Part shown: positions 27,867 to 36,987 of the stretch, piece after piece
Position numbering within the stretch: the first letter of the stretch is position 1
Layout of the letters: each line of letters begins with the position of its first letter
NCBI GenBank assembly: GCA_963805625.1
Contig: CAWDVE010000010.1
Coordinates: forward strand, 1,600,001-1,664,000
Length of the DNA stretch: 64,000 nucleotides
Source: an uncultured Candidatus Rokubacteria bacterium
GTDB taxonomy: Bacteria > Methylomirabilota > Methylomirabilia > Rokubacteriales > DASRDR01
Direction: 5' to 3'
Made by a program: the position numbers and the translations under genes
The notes under the pieces: model-generated
The model's database searches: none
What the model was told of the DNA's origin: nothing
The model's input: only the letters and a program-made list of their open reading frames with translations

Positions 27867-28439
27867 TCAAGCCCTCTCATCCAGATCCGCGAGCAGCCGG
27901 CGCAGGACCTGCTTGCCGCGGAAGATCAGGATCGCCACGTGGTTGCGCGTCACTCCGAGCTGGCTCGCGATCTCCTCGTAGCCCAGCTCGCCGTAGTAGC
28001 GGAGAGCCAGCGAGACCCGGTACCGCTCGGGGAGACGCTGAAGGGCGGCGCGCACCCGCTCCTGCCCCTCGTCGGTCAGCACCGCCGCGAGAGGCGACGG
28101 TCCGGACTCGCTTCCCGTCGACGCGCCGTCGGTCTCGTCCCACTCCGCGGCGAACAGCCGGGATTCGAGACGGCGGCGCCGCAGCACGTCGAGGCAGTGG
28201 TGGCTCGTCACGCTCAGGAGCCAGCGGTCGAACGGGAGCGCCGGGTCGTACCGATCGATCGCGCGCGGCAGGCGGAGGAAGACGTCGCTCCGGGCGTCCT
28301 CGGCCGCATCCGGAGAGCCGAGGAGGTGGCGGCAGAGACCGAGCACGCGCCGGCCGAATTCCTGGTAGAGCTCGGCGAAGCCCTCCTGCTCACCGCGCCG
28401 GGCGCGCTCGACGGCCTCCGCCACCTCGATTGCGTTCAT
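27867..28439 (-). CDS. ECF RNA polymerase sigma factor
   Basis: AEDARSDVFL, FDRWLLSVTSHHCLD (region 2), LPERYR..GYEEIASQLG (region 4). Confidence 0.93.
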   Translation of the reverse strand: MNAIEVAEAVERARRGEQEGFAELYQEFGRRVLGLCRHLLGSPDAAEDARSDVFLRLPRAIDRYDPALPFDRWLLSVTSHHCLDVLRRRRLESRLFAAEWDETDGASTGSESGPSPLAAVLTDEGQERVRAALQRLPERYRVSLALRYYGELGYEEIASQLGVTRNHVAILIFRGKQVLRRLLADLDERA

Positions 28440-28456
28440 GGCCCTCCGACGAGTCC

Positions 28457-28482
28457 TACGAACCGACGCCCCCGGAGTTACA
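28457..28482 (-). promoter_or_regulatory. Putative ECF-dependent autoregulatory promoter
   Basis: Minus strand TGTAAC-N16-CGTA, 17 nt upstream of sigma ATG; fits AAC/CGT ECF consensus. Confidence 0.65.
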
Positions 28483-28535
28483 TCGCGCTCCGCCGCCCCG
28501 GTCCTCCCCCGCCCGCCGGCATCGGGCTCCCCGGA

Positions 28536-28561
28536 CGTAACGGGGCGGATGCTCGTCCGTA
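28536..28561 (+). promoter_or_regulatory. Putative ECF-dependent promoter of divergent desaturase operon
   Basis: CGTAAC-N16-CGTA on plus strand, same motif and spacing as the sigma promoter. Confidence 0.62.
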
Positions 28562-28619
28562 TTACTTTCCGAACCGCCCAACAAGGAACGAACTGGCCAA
28601 GTGGGAGGAGGAGACGCTC

Positions 28620-29447
28620 ATGTCAATCGAACGCATCCTGACGGACTACGGAGAGCCGCTGCAATACATCATCTATTTCGGCCTCTTGGCTGGACTGGGG
28701 GTGATGGAGGCCCTCGCGCCCCGCCGCGGTAACCCGGCGGGCCGCGGGCGGCGGTGGCCGTCGAATTTCGGGCTGACGGCGCTCAACATCGTGGTGCTGG
28801 GAGCCCTGCCGGTGAGCGGCCTGGCGGTGGCCGTCATCGCCCAGCAGCAGGGCTGGGGGCTCCTCCAGCGGTACCCCTTGTCTCTCGCCGCCACGCTGGG
28901 AGTGGCGCTCCTTGCGCGGAGCCTCGTCTCGTACGCGGTCCACGTGGCCATGCACAAGGTACCGGCCCTGTGGCGCGTGCATCGCGTCCACCACACGGAC
29001 GTCTTCATGGACGTGTCGACGACCGTCCGGTTCCATCCGCTGGAGTTCCTGATCCAGCTCGGGCCGACAGCCCTCGTCATCCTCGGGCTCGGCCTGCCGC
29101 CGTGGACCATCATGCTCTACGAGCTGGTCGACACGGCCACCAACCTGTTCATCCACGCGAACGCCCGGATGCCGGGCCGTCTCGACGCCTGGCTGCGCCT
29201 GCTCCTGGTCACCCCCGACATGCACCGGGTCCATCACTCGGCCCTCTGGCCCGAGACGGACTCTAACTACGGGGTGGTCGTGCCATGGTGGGATCGGCTC
29301 TTCGGCACCTACCGCGAGACCGTTGGTGACCCCCGGGAGACCCGGCTCGGGCTCGAGGAGTGCCAGGACCGGCGGGCGTCGTCCCTCGGCTGGCTCCTCG
29401 CGCTGCCGTTCCGGGGACGCCTGGAGCACCTGGCGGAGCGCTCCTGA
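28620..29447 (+). CDS. Sterol desaturase / fatty acid hydroxylase family protein
   Basis: His boxes HVAMH, HRVHH, FIHAN, HRVHH; SNYG..WDRLFGT; GGAGGAG RBS. Confidence 0.9.
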   Translation: MSIERILTDYGEPLQYIIYFGLLAGLGVMEALAPRRGNPAGRGRRWPSNFGLTALNIVVLGALPVSGLAVAVIAQQQGWGLLQRYPLSLAATLGVALLARSLVSYAVHVAMHKVPALWRVHRVHHTDVFMDVSTTVRFHPLEFLIQLGPTALVILGLGLPPWTIMLYELVDTATNLFIHANARMPGRLDAWLRLLLVTPDMHRVHHSALWPETDSNYGVVVPWWDRLFGTYRETVGDPRETRLGLEECQDRRASSLGWLLALPFRGRLEHLAERS

Positions 29448-29493
29448 GATGCGCCCGCAATCGACACCCCGTCACGCGACGTCGGGTCCCGAC

Positions 29494-30015
29494 ATGCTCC
29501 CTGACTCGAACGCTCGTGGGGCTGCGTCCACCGCGACGGGCGCCGCCCCTGACCATCCCAGCGTTATCGCGAGGCCGCCCCGGATCGCGTACCTGTTCCT
29601 CGGGATCGGGGCGATCCTGGGGTGGCTCTGGCCTCTCCCCCTTCTGCCGACAGGCTCGCCGGCGGCACTCCGCTTCGGCGGCGGCGGGGGGCTCGTCGTC
29701 CTCGGCCTGGTCGTCATGACCCTGGCGGTCCGCGCCTTCCGGGACGCGGGAACGAACGTCGAGACGCCGAAGCCGGCGATCGCGCTCGTGACCGGCGGGA
29801 TCTACGCCCGCTCGCGGAATCCGATGTACGTCGCCCTCGCGCTCCTCTTCGCGGGCATCGCCCTGCTCGCCGACAGCGGCTGGCTCGCGCTGCTCCTCGT
29901 ACCCTACGTCGCCGTGCTCCGGATCGGGGTGATCGCGCAGGAAGAGCGCTACCTCGAGCGGAAGTTCGGCGCGCCCTACCGTGTCTATCGGGCCCACGTC
30001 CGGCGATGGCTCTGA
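29494..30015 (+). CDS. Isoprenylcysteine carboxyl methyltransferase / PEMT family membrane protein
   Basis: LVTGGIYARSRNPMY, EERYLERKFGAPY..VRRWL; start uncertain (29449 or 29494). Confidence 0.85.
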   Translation: MLPDSNARGAASTATGAAPDHPSVIARPPRIAYLFLGIGAILGWLWPLPLLPTGSPAALRFGGGGGLVVLGLVVMTLAVRAFRDAGTNVETPKPAIALVTGGIYARSRNPMYVALALLFAGIALLADSGWLALLLVPYVAVLRIGVIAQEERYLERKFGAPYRVYRAHVRRWL

Positions 30016-30046
30016 GCGGCGCGGGCAGGACTAGAATGAGAGGGCG

Positions 30047-30511
30047 ATGCGCGAGTACCGCTACCGGGTCGACACCGAGGGCCGGGTCTTCCACGACGGG
30101 AGCGAGGTTCTCGACCCCCTGACGCTCCGCTTCTTTCTGCGCGCCATGACCCGCACACCCGAGGGAGGCTGGCTCGTGGTGTGCCAGGGTGAACGGAACT
30201 GGTTCGAGTCCGAGGGGACCCCCTTCGTCGTTCAACGGCTCCGACCCGTCCTCCGTGAGGGGGTGCTGGACGGTCTCGAGCTCGTCCTGGCCGGCGACCA
30301 CCGGGAGCCACTCGACCCGGCCACGCTCGAGAGCGAGGGGGGGCGGCTCTACTGCCGGGTCCGGCGCGGCGCGTTCCCGGCGCGGTTCAGCCGCCTCGCG
30401 CTCCAGCAGCTCGGCGCGCACCTCAGGGACGAGAACGGACGGCCCGCCCTCGTCCTGGGTGGGCGCCGCCATACCATCGTCGATCGCGAAAGGACTCCCG
30501 AGCTCACATGA
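30047..30511 (+). CDS. Hypothetical protein, DUF1285-like
   Basis: YRVDTEGRVFHDG, EGTPFVV, LYCRVRRG..ARFSR pattern. Confidence 0.6.
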   Translation: MREYRYRVDTEGRVFHDGSEVLDPLTLRFFLRAMTRTPEGGWLVVCQGERNWFESEGTPFVVQRLRPVLREGVLDGLELVLAGDHREPLDPATLESEGGRLYCRVRRGAFPARFSRLALQQLGAHLRDENGRPALVLGGRRHTIVDRERTPELT

Positions 30512-30610
30512 CGGACACATTGACCGACCCTGGCGACCCCGGCACCCCAGGCTATCCCCGAGCGCGGTAAGAAGGCGCGGACGGCGGGCGAGCCCTCACC
30601 CCCCGCCCGT

Positions 30611-31306
30611 GTGATGAGCATCCACGCCCACCCGGACGACCAGGAGTTCACCGTCGGCGGCACCCTGGCCAAGTGGGCGCGGGTAGGCACCGCCATCGTC
30701 ACCGTGTGCATCACGCGCGGCACCGGCGGATCGAACCGCTTCACGCCGCCGGACATGACCCGGGAGGCCCTCGGACCGATCCGCGAGGTCGAGCAACGAA
30801 GCGCGTGCCGGGTCCTCGGGATCGCGGACACGTGGTTCCTCGACTACGAGGACGGGATGCTCGAGGCCACCATCGCGCTCCGCCGGGACCTCACCCGCTT
30901 GATCCGGCGCTTCCGGCCCGACGCGGTCGTGTGCGGCGACCCCACCGTCCGCTACTACGGCTCCACGTACCTGAACCACCCCGACCACCGGGCGGCCGCC
31001 GACGCCGCACTCGATGCGGTCTTCCCTTCCGCCGGCACGCGGCTGATCTTCCCGGAGCTGCTCGCCGAGGGGCTCGAGCCCCACGAGGTCCGCCAGGTGT
31101 ACATCCACGGGGCCGAGCGGCCCGACACCTACGTCGACATCGCCGGCACGCTCGACGTCAAGCTGGCCGCCCTCCGCGAGCACCGGAGCCAGATGGGCGA
31201 GTGGGACCCCAAGGAGTTCCTCGTGGAGTGGGCGCGCGAGCAGGGCGTCAAGGTGGGCCTCGAGGCGGCGGAGGCCTATCGGCGGATGGTGCTGGAGGGG
31301 CCCTAG
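30611..31306 (+). CDS. PIG-L/LmbE family deacetylase
   Basis: AHPDDQE, REVEQRSA, HPDH, HRSQ; true start may lie slightly upstream. Confidence 0.9.
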   Translation: MMSIHAHPDDQEFTVGGTLAKWARVGTAIVTVCITRGTGGSNRFTPPDMTREALGPIREVEQRSACRVLGIADTWFLDYEDGMLEATIALRRDLTRLIRRFRPDAVVCGDPTVRYYGSTYLNHPDHRAAADAALDAVFPSAGTRLIFPELLAEGLEPHEVRQVYIHGAERPDTYVDIAGTLDVKLAALREHRSQMGEWDPKEFLVEWAREQGVKVGLEAAEAYRRMVLEGP

Positions 31307-31356
31307 GGGGACCCGCCGGCCGGCCCCTGGCGAGCCCGCCCGGAGCCGGCCGCCCC

Positions 31357-32430
31357 TCACCCGGTCGCGGGACCTTCCAGCACCAGGACCGCCTCCCGGG
31401 GAAAGCTCACCGTCACCGTCTGCCCCGGCTGGGGCGGGGGCGTGTTTGGGGTGTTGAAGGTGTCGAGCGACACCGCGTTCTCTCGAAATCGCACGCGAAT
31501 CCGCACGATCGACCCCAGGAAGTTGACGTCCTCCACGGTGCCCTGCATCCGGTTCCCGTCACCCGCCGGCTCGTGGAGGGACACGATCTCGGGGCGCAGG
31601 GCCACCGAGCGCACCTCGCCGACCCGCGCGCCCGCCAGGCCTTGCGAGGCCAGGATCTCCTGCCCGTCGATCGCGATCGCGCCGCGCCCGGGGTCCACCA
31701 CCTGCCCCCGCAGGATGCTGAGGGTGCCGACGAAGGACGCCACGAAGCCCGTTCGCGGAAAGTTGTAGATCTCGAACGGGGTGCCGATCTGCTCGATCCG
31801 TCCGTCCCGCATCACGACGATCCGGTCCGACAGGGACAGGGCCTCCTCCTGGTCGTGCGTGACGTAGATCGTGGTGATCCCCAGCTTCCGCTGGATGGCG
31901 CGGATCTCGTTCCGCAGGGACACGCGGATCTTCGCGTCGAGGGCCGACAGGGGTTCGTCGAGCAGCAGCACCTTCGGCTGGATCGCGAGGGCGCGCGCCA
32001 GCGCCACACGCTGCTGCTGGCCGCCCGAGAGCTGGTACGGATAGCGGCTCCCGAGCGCCGGCAGCTTGATGAGCTCCAGCATCTCCTGAACCCGGGGACC
32101 GATCTCCGCACTCGGCTTCCTGGCCACCTTCAGCCCGAAGCCCACGTTGTCGGCGACGGTCATGTTCGGGAACAGCGCGTAGGACTGGAACACCATCCCG
32201 ACGTTGCGCCGGTTTGGGGGGCGCCGGGTGATGTCCACCCCGTCGATCCGAATCGCGCCTGCGGAGGGAGTCTCGAAGCCCGCGATCATCCTGAGCGTCG
32301 TCGTCTTCCCGCAGCCGCTCGGCCCCAGGAAGGACACGAACTCGCCCCGCGCGACGTCCAGCTCGAAGTGCTCGACCGCCGTCGAGAGCGCGAACTTCTT
32401 CTGCAGGCCATGGATCTCCAGCAAGCCCAT
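31357..32430 (-). CDS. ABC transporter ATP-binding protein (PotA-like, TOBE domain)
   Basis: GPSGCGKTT, VFQSYALFP, LSGGQQQRVALARA, VTHDQEEA. Confidence 0.95.
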   Translation of the reverse strand: MGLLEIHGLQKKFALSTAVEHFELDVARGEFVSFLGPSGCGKTTTLRMIAGFETPSAGAIRIDGVDITRRPPNRRNVGMVFQSYALFPNMTVADNVGFGLKVARKPSAEIGPRVQEMLELIKLPALGSRYPYQLSGGQQQRVALARALAIQPKVLLLDEPLSALDAKIRVSLRNEIRAIQRKLGITTIYVTHDQEEALSLSDRIVVMRDGRIEQIGTPFEIYNFPRTGFVASFVGTLSILRGQVVDPGRGAIAIDGQEILASQGLAGARVGEVRSVALRPEIVSLHEPAGDGNRMQGTVEDVNFLGSIVRIRVRFRENAVSLDTFNTPNTPPPQPGQTVTVSFPREAVLVLEGPATG

Positions 32431-32438
32431 GCGTGTCC

Positions 32439-33230
32439 TCAGTGCGCCCCGGCGGTCTTGCCGGGGGCCCGGCGACCCAGAACCTGGATCAGTGCCATGC
32501 ACCCCCACGTGATCGCGAAGGTGATGACCGCCAGAGCCGCCGGCTCGTACGCACGATTCGCGCCAATGAGCTGGAGGTACGGGCCGAACGCGGGGCGGTC
32601 CAGTAAGCTCGCCATCGTGAACTCGCCGATGACGATGGCGAACGTCAGGAACGCACCACTCAGCACCGCCACCTGCACGTTGGGCAGGATCACCCGGAGG
32701 AGGATGGTCCCCCAGCTCGCGCCGAGGCTCTGGGCCGCCTCGGTCAAGGTCCGCACGTCGATCGCGCGCAGCCCGGCGTCGACGGCCCGGTACATGTACG
32801 GCATCGCCAGCGTGACGTAGCTGAACATCAGCAGCAGGTCGGTCGTCCGGTCGTTGGCCGTCATGGGGATGATCGACGAGCTGTTATAGATGCGTAGGTA
32901 GCCGAAGACCAGGACGATCGCCGGGATCACCAGCGGCAGGAGCGTGATGAACTCCACCGTCGGCCGGAGCCTCGGCAGGCGCAGCTCGATCCAGTAGGCG
33001 GTCGGCACGACCAGGAGGACTCCGACGACGATCGTGGCGAGCGCGAGGAGGGTCGAGTACAGGAACGTCTCGTGGAACCGCGGATCGCCGAGGACAATCC
33101 GGTACGCCTCGAAGCTGTAGACGCCCCGGCGGTATCGCAGCGAGAACTCGAAGGTCGCCAGCAGCGGCATGAAGAAGTACAGAATCCCGAGCGTCATCAC
33201 CACCCACGACCCGAACGTCCGCCGCGTCAT
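32439..33230 (-). CDS. ABC transporter permease (PotC-like)
   Basis: LPLVIPAIV, EAAQSLGAS EAA loop, GEFT. Confidence 0.9.
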   Translation of the reverse strand: MTRRTFGSWVVMTLGILYFFMPLLATFEFSLRYRRGVYSFEAYRIVLGDPRFHETFLYSTLLALATIVVGVLLVVPTAYWIELRLPRLRPTVEFITLLPLVIPAIVLVFGYLRIYNSSSIIPMTANDRTTDLLLMFSYVTLAMPYMYRAVDAGLRAIDVRTLTEAAQSLGASWGTILLRVILPNVQVAVLSGAFLTFAIVIGEFTMASLLDRPAFGPYLQLIGANRAYEPAALAVITFAITWGCMALIQVLGRRAPGKTAGAH

Positions 33231-34129
33231 TTCAGCCACCGCTCGCTGCGGGAGCGAAGCACGATGTAGGCGGTGTTCGACAGGCCGGTGATCAGGATCA
33301 TCCCTAGAGCCAGCGCGTAGCCGAGGTTCTGGTTGTGGAGGACGTCGCCGCGGATCTGCGCGTACAGCAGAATCGTGATGATGTTGAGAGAGCTGCCGGT
33401 GAGCGCGTACGCCGTCGCGATCGCGCCGAAGGCGTTGGCGAACAGGAGCAGGGTCGTGCCGAGGAGGGTCGGCCACAGCACGGGCAGCGCGATGTACCGC
33501 CAGTAGTCGACGGCGCTCCCGCCCAGGTTCGACGCCGCCTCGCGCCACTCGCGCTTCAGCCCGTCGATCGCCGGCGCCATGATCAGCACCATGAGCGGGA
33601 TCTGGAAGTACATGTACGTCAGCGCCAGGCCCCAGAAGCTCAGGAGGTTGAACCCCGTGCGGTAGATGTTGAAGTCGAAGAGGCTGACGAGAAGCACGGT
33701 CACCAGGCCAGTCCGCCCGAGGGTCGCGAGGAACGCGAAGGCGAGCGGCACGCCGGCGAAGTTCGAGGCCACGCCGGAGAACGTCAGGAGCGTGGGGCGG
33801 ACCCAGCGTGGCAGCCCGCCGGAGATCGCCGCATACGCCAGGAAGAAGCCGAGGATCGCGCCTCCGATCGCCGAGGCCGCGCTGACCTGGATGCTGATCC
33901 AGTACGCCTTGAGAATGGTGGGATGGAACAGGTCGCGGATGTTGGCGAGCGTGAACCGGCCCTCGGCGTCCTGGAACCCGCCCACGATCAGGAAGCTCGT
34001 CGGCAGGATGAGGAAGAAGAACGCGAAGAGGAAGAACGGGAGGACGCCGAGGAGCTCCCACGAGAATCGACCCGGCGGCGCCCCCAAGGCAACCGCGGGC
34101 CCGGTCGGGGCAGAGGCGGTGTGGCTCAC
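33227..34129 (-). CDS. ABC transporter permease (PotB-like)
   Basis: SNFAGVPLAFAF, YFQIPLM, WREAASNLG EAA loop. Confidence 0.9.
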   Translation of the reverse strand: MSHTASAPTGPAVALGAPPGRFSWELLGVLPFFLFAFFFLILPTSFLIVGGFQDAEGRFTLANIRDLFHPTILKAYWISIQVSAASAIGGAILGFFLAYAAISGGLPRWVRPTLLTFSGVASNFAGVPLAFAFLATLGRTGLVTVLLVSLFDFNIYRTGFNLLSFWGLALTYMYFQIPLMVLIMAPAIDGLKREWREAASNLGGSAVDYWRYIALPVLWPTLLGTTLLLFANAFGAIATAYALTGSSLNIITILLYAQIRGDVLHNQNLGYALALGMILITGLSNTAYIVLRSRSERWLK

Positions 34130-34338
34130 GCGGCGGCCCCTGGTGGGAGCGCTTCCGCCGCACGGCGGTCCCGGCGAGGAACGGTGGCGCTCGGCCCTTG
34201 GCTCATCGGAGGTTCCGCGCCCTCTTCCCCTCACCCCAGACCCGGCGGCGAGAGGAAGAGGGCCACGGCAACGATCACACCGGGCTCGGGCGGCTCCGCC
34301 ACGCGCGCTCGGTGCGATCCACGTTCACGGAGTGGGTG

Positions 34339-35445
34339 TTACTTGACGTTCGCGCCGACGACGGTGTCCCACTGCTTGGTGATGATCTCCTTCGCCTTCG
34401 CCTGCTGCTCGAGCGTCGGGAAAACCGCCTTGTCGTAGGACTCGGCCGGAGGCAGCTTGGCCAGGAGGTCGGCCGGCACCTTCTTGTTCTTCACGAGGTC
34501 CAGGAAGCGGATCGGATGGCAGTAGCCCTTCAGCCAGGCCACCTGTCCCTCGTCCGAATAGAGGTGCTCCATCCACAGCTTCGCGGCGTTCGGGTGCGGC
34601 GCATAGGCGCTGATCGCCTGGACGTACACGCCGGCCACGACCCCGTTTCGCGGGACGACCACGTCGACCTTCGGGTTGCCCTTGAGGGTGTCGCGATCCG
34701 CGAGCGCGTTGTAGTCCCAGCGGATGATGATCGGCGTCGCCCCCTGCGCGAGGGACGCCACCTTGCCGATCACCGGGACGAAATTGCCCGCCTTGTTGAG
34801 ATCCGCGAAGAACTTCAGACCCGCCTCCGCGGCCCGGTCCATGTTGCCGTTGGCCATGGCGAGGCCGGCGGCCAGGACGCCCTGGATGGCCTGGTTCGAG
34901 GTGCGTGGATCGCCGGCCAGCGCGACCGAGTTCTTGTACTCTGGCTTGAGGAGGTCCGCCCAGTCGCGAGGAGCGTTCTTGACGATGTCGGCGTTGATCT
35001 GGAAGGCGAGCACGCCGTAGTAGTCACCGTACCAGTAGCCTTCCGAGTCCTTCTGGTCGTTGGGAATCGAGGCCCACGTGGCGACCTTGTGCGGCAGGAG
35101 CAGACCTTCCTTCTTGGCCGATGGGCCGAAGGAGAGGCCGACGTCGATCACGTCCGGGGCCTGCGGGCCCTTGTTCCCCTTGTTCGCCTTGATGGCCTCG
35201 ATCTCGTCGCCGGAGCCGGCGTCGGGATTGAGCTCGTTGACCTTGATGCCGTACTTGGTCTTGTAGCTGCTGATGAGCTCCCCGTAGCCGCACCAGTCGT
35301 GCGGAAGGGCGATCGTGGTGAGCTGGCCCTCCTGCTTGGCGGCGGCGACCAGCTGGTCCATCCCGGTCTGGCCGACCGCGACTCCGATGGCCGCCAGGAC
35401 GACCAGGGTGGCGAGCGAGATCGTGCGGAGCGATCGGAGCTTCAT
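34339..35445 (-). CDS. ABC transporter substrate-binding protein (PotD/Fe(III)-SBP-like)
   Basis: Signal peptide, AAAKQEGQL, APDVIDVG, APHPNAAKLW; GAGGAGG RBS. Confidence 0.9.
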   Translation of the reverse strand: MKLRSLRTISLATLVVLAAIGVAVGQTGMDQLVAAAKQEGQLTTIALPHDWCGYGELISSYKTKYGIKVNELNPDAGSGDEIEAIKANKGNKGPQAPDVIDVGLSFGPSAKKEGLLLPHKVATWASIPNDQKDSEGYWYGDYYGVLAFQINADIVKNAPRDWADLLKPEYKNSVALAGDPRTSNQAIQGVLAAGLAMANGNMDRAAEAGLKFFADLNKAGNFVPVIGKVASLAQGATPIIIRWDYNALADRDTLKGNPKVDVVVPRNGVVAGVYVQAISAYAPHPNAAKLWMEHLYSDEGQVAWLKGYCHPIRFLDLVKNKKVPADLLAKLPPAESYDKAVFPTLEQQAKAKEIITKQWDTVVGANVK

Positions 35446-35541
35446 GTGTCCCTCCTCGGGTTCGGAACAGGGCTTCGTGGCGACGGCCTACCATCGGTCA
35501 CCGGTGGTGAGCTTGTCAAGGGTGGCGCCCCATCCCGGGCG

Positions 35542-36477
35542 TCACGGGGACCCTCCCTCGCGGGGGCGCGCGACGGCGTCGATCCAGCCGGGGAAATCCG
35601 GTGAGTCCATCGCCGTTTCGGCGCGCGTCCACCGTGCGGCACCGTAGGCCGAGAAGTCGAATGCAATTCGCGAGATCGCCGTCTGGATCGCCGCCCAGAG
35701 CGTCCAGCCAACGTCGGAGACGATCATGTGGAGCCTGACCCGCGCGACGAGGGACGCCGGCGCGCTGCCAAAATACGCCTGGCAGAGCTCGCGCACCCGG
35801 ACGTCGTCGTAGTCGAGCTCGCGGCACGTGTTGCCGAGCTCGAACGCCGGGTCGCCGTTGCCGCTGTATTCCCAGTCCACCAGGCGCAGCTGGTCGCCCT
35901 GCTCGATGTAGTTGTCGGCAAGGAGATCGTTGTGGCACGGCACGCTGGGAAGCGGGCGCGCCGCCAGCACGGCGCCGATCTCCCGGATGACGGGGCGCCG
36001 CGCCCGGTAGCCGGACGGCACCGGGAAGCCCCGGCGCTCGATCACGGCCTGGTACCCATCGGCGAGGCCAAGCATGTCGAAGTCCCGGAGGAACCGCGGC
36101 CCTCCGTGGAGCGCGCGAAGCGTCGCGGCGATTCGCCCGGGCATACCCGGCTCCTGGAGCGTGGCGTTGGTCATGGGCCGGCCGTGGAGGAACTCGATAA
36201 CGGTCGCGCCGCTATCCTGGAAGTGGTGGAGGACCGCTGGGCCGATACCGAGGGCGGCCGCGACGCGGGCGCTGTGGAGCTCGTTCGCACGGTCGATGGC
36301 CAGGAGCTCGGTGGACGCGCCCGGGATCCGCACGACGAACGCGCGGCCGTCCACGTCGACCCGGTAGTTCGCGTTGGTGAGCCCGTTCGTCAGGGGCCGA
36401 ATCGAGACGGGCCGGCCGCGCCAGGCGTCGATCCGGTCGATGATCTCTTCGACGGTGACCGCTCGACCGTTGCCCAT
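35542..36477 (-). CDS. Choline/ethanolamine kinase-like phosphotransferase
   Basis: GLTNANY, VVRIPG, Brenner motif CHNDLLADN, LVDWEYSG. Confidence 0.88.
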   Translation of the reverse strand: MGNGRAVTVEEIIDRIDAWRGRPVSIRPLTNGLTNANYRVDVDGRAFVVRIPGASTELLAIDRANELHSARVAAALGIGPAVLHHFQDSGATVIEFLHGRPMTNATLQEPGMPGRIAATLRALHGGPRFLRDFDMLGLADGYQAVIERRGFPVPSGYRARRPVIREIGAVLAARPLPSVPCHNDLLADNYIEQGDQLRLVDWEYSGNGDPAFELGNTCRELDYDDVRVRELCQAYFGSAPASLVARVRLHMIVSDVGWTLWAAIQTAISRIAFDFSAYGAARWTRAETAMDSPDFPGWIDAVARPREGGSP

Positions 36478-36618
36478 GGGACCCGCGCTCGCGGCTTCCT
36501 CGGCCCGATTCTAGCGCAGGCACGCGAGGGCCACTAGGGTCGCGAGGGCGCGGCACGGCGGCGTTGCGGGAGCCAGCCCCGACTCTGGCAATCGCCGGAA
36601 TTCCAGACCATCGCACCC

Positions 36619-36666
36619 AGGTGACGTGGCAGGTGACGTGCGAGGCGACGTGCCAGGCGACGTGAT
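36619..36666. repeat. Four tandem 12-bp repeats (AGGYGACGTGNN)
   Basis: AGGTGACGTGGC AGGTGACGTGCG AGGCGACGTGCC AGGCGACGTGAT. Confidence 0.8.
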
Positions 36667-36987
36667 GGTTGCGGCACCGTTGCGCTCGCTTCGAGCTCCG
36701 CGGCGTGGACCAGGGGGTCGCCGAGCGCCTGGTCGAGGCCTGGCGGGCGCGCCGACCCCTACCGCACCGTCGTGGCAGCGACCACCATGACGATCGAGGT
36801 GACCGGCCAGCCGGCTTGACGCCTTCGCGCGGCCGAATCGGTGCGCGCTACCCGGCCCGACAGTCCCTTCCACCCCCAAATCCGCAAGATCGCAGGCTTC
36901 CGCACGGCGGTGTCGGGAAAACCACGCATGCGTGGGGGCTTTCACTGCTACGCCTCGTCGCGCCCGAGACGTACGCTGGCGCGAAAC

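Noticed and set aside
30509-30523. In-frame TGA codons between the DUF1285-like and PIG-L genes as readthrough
   Set aside because: Two stops in a low-complexity linker, no redox motif, and both flanking domains look complete
36619-36666. CRISPR array
   Set aside because: 12-bp units with no spacers and no cas genes
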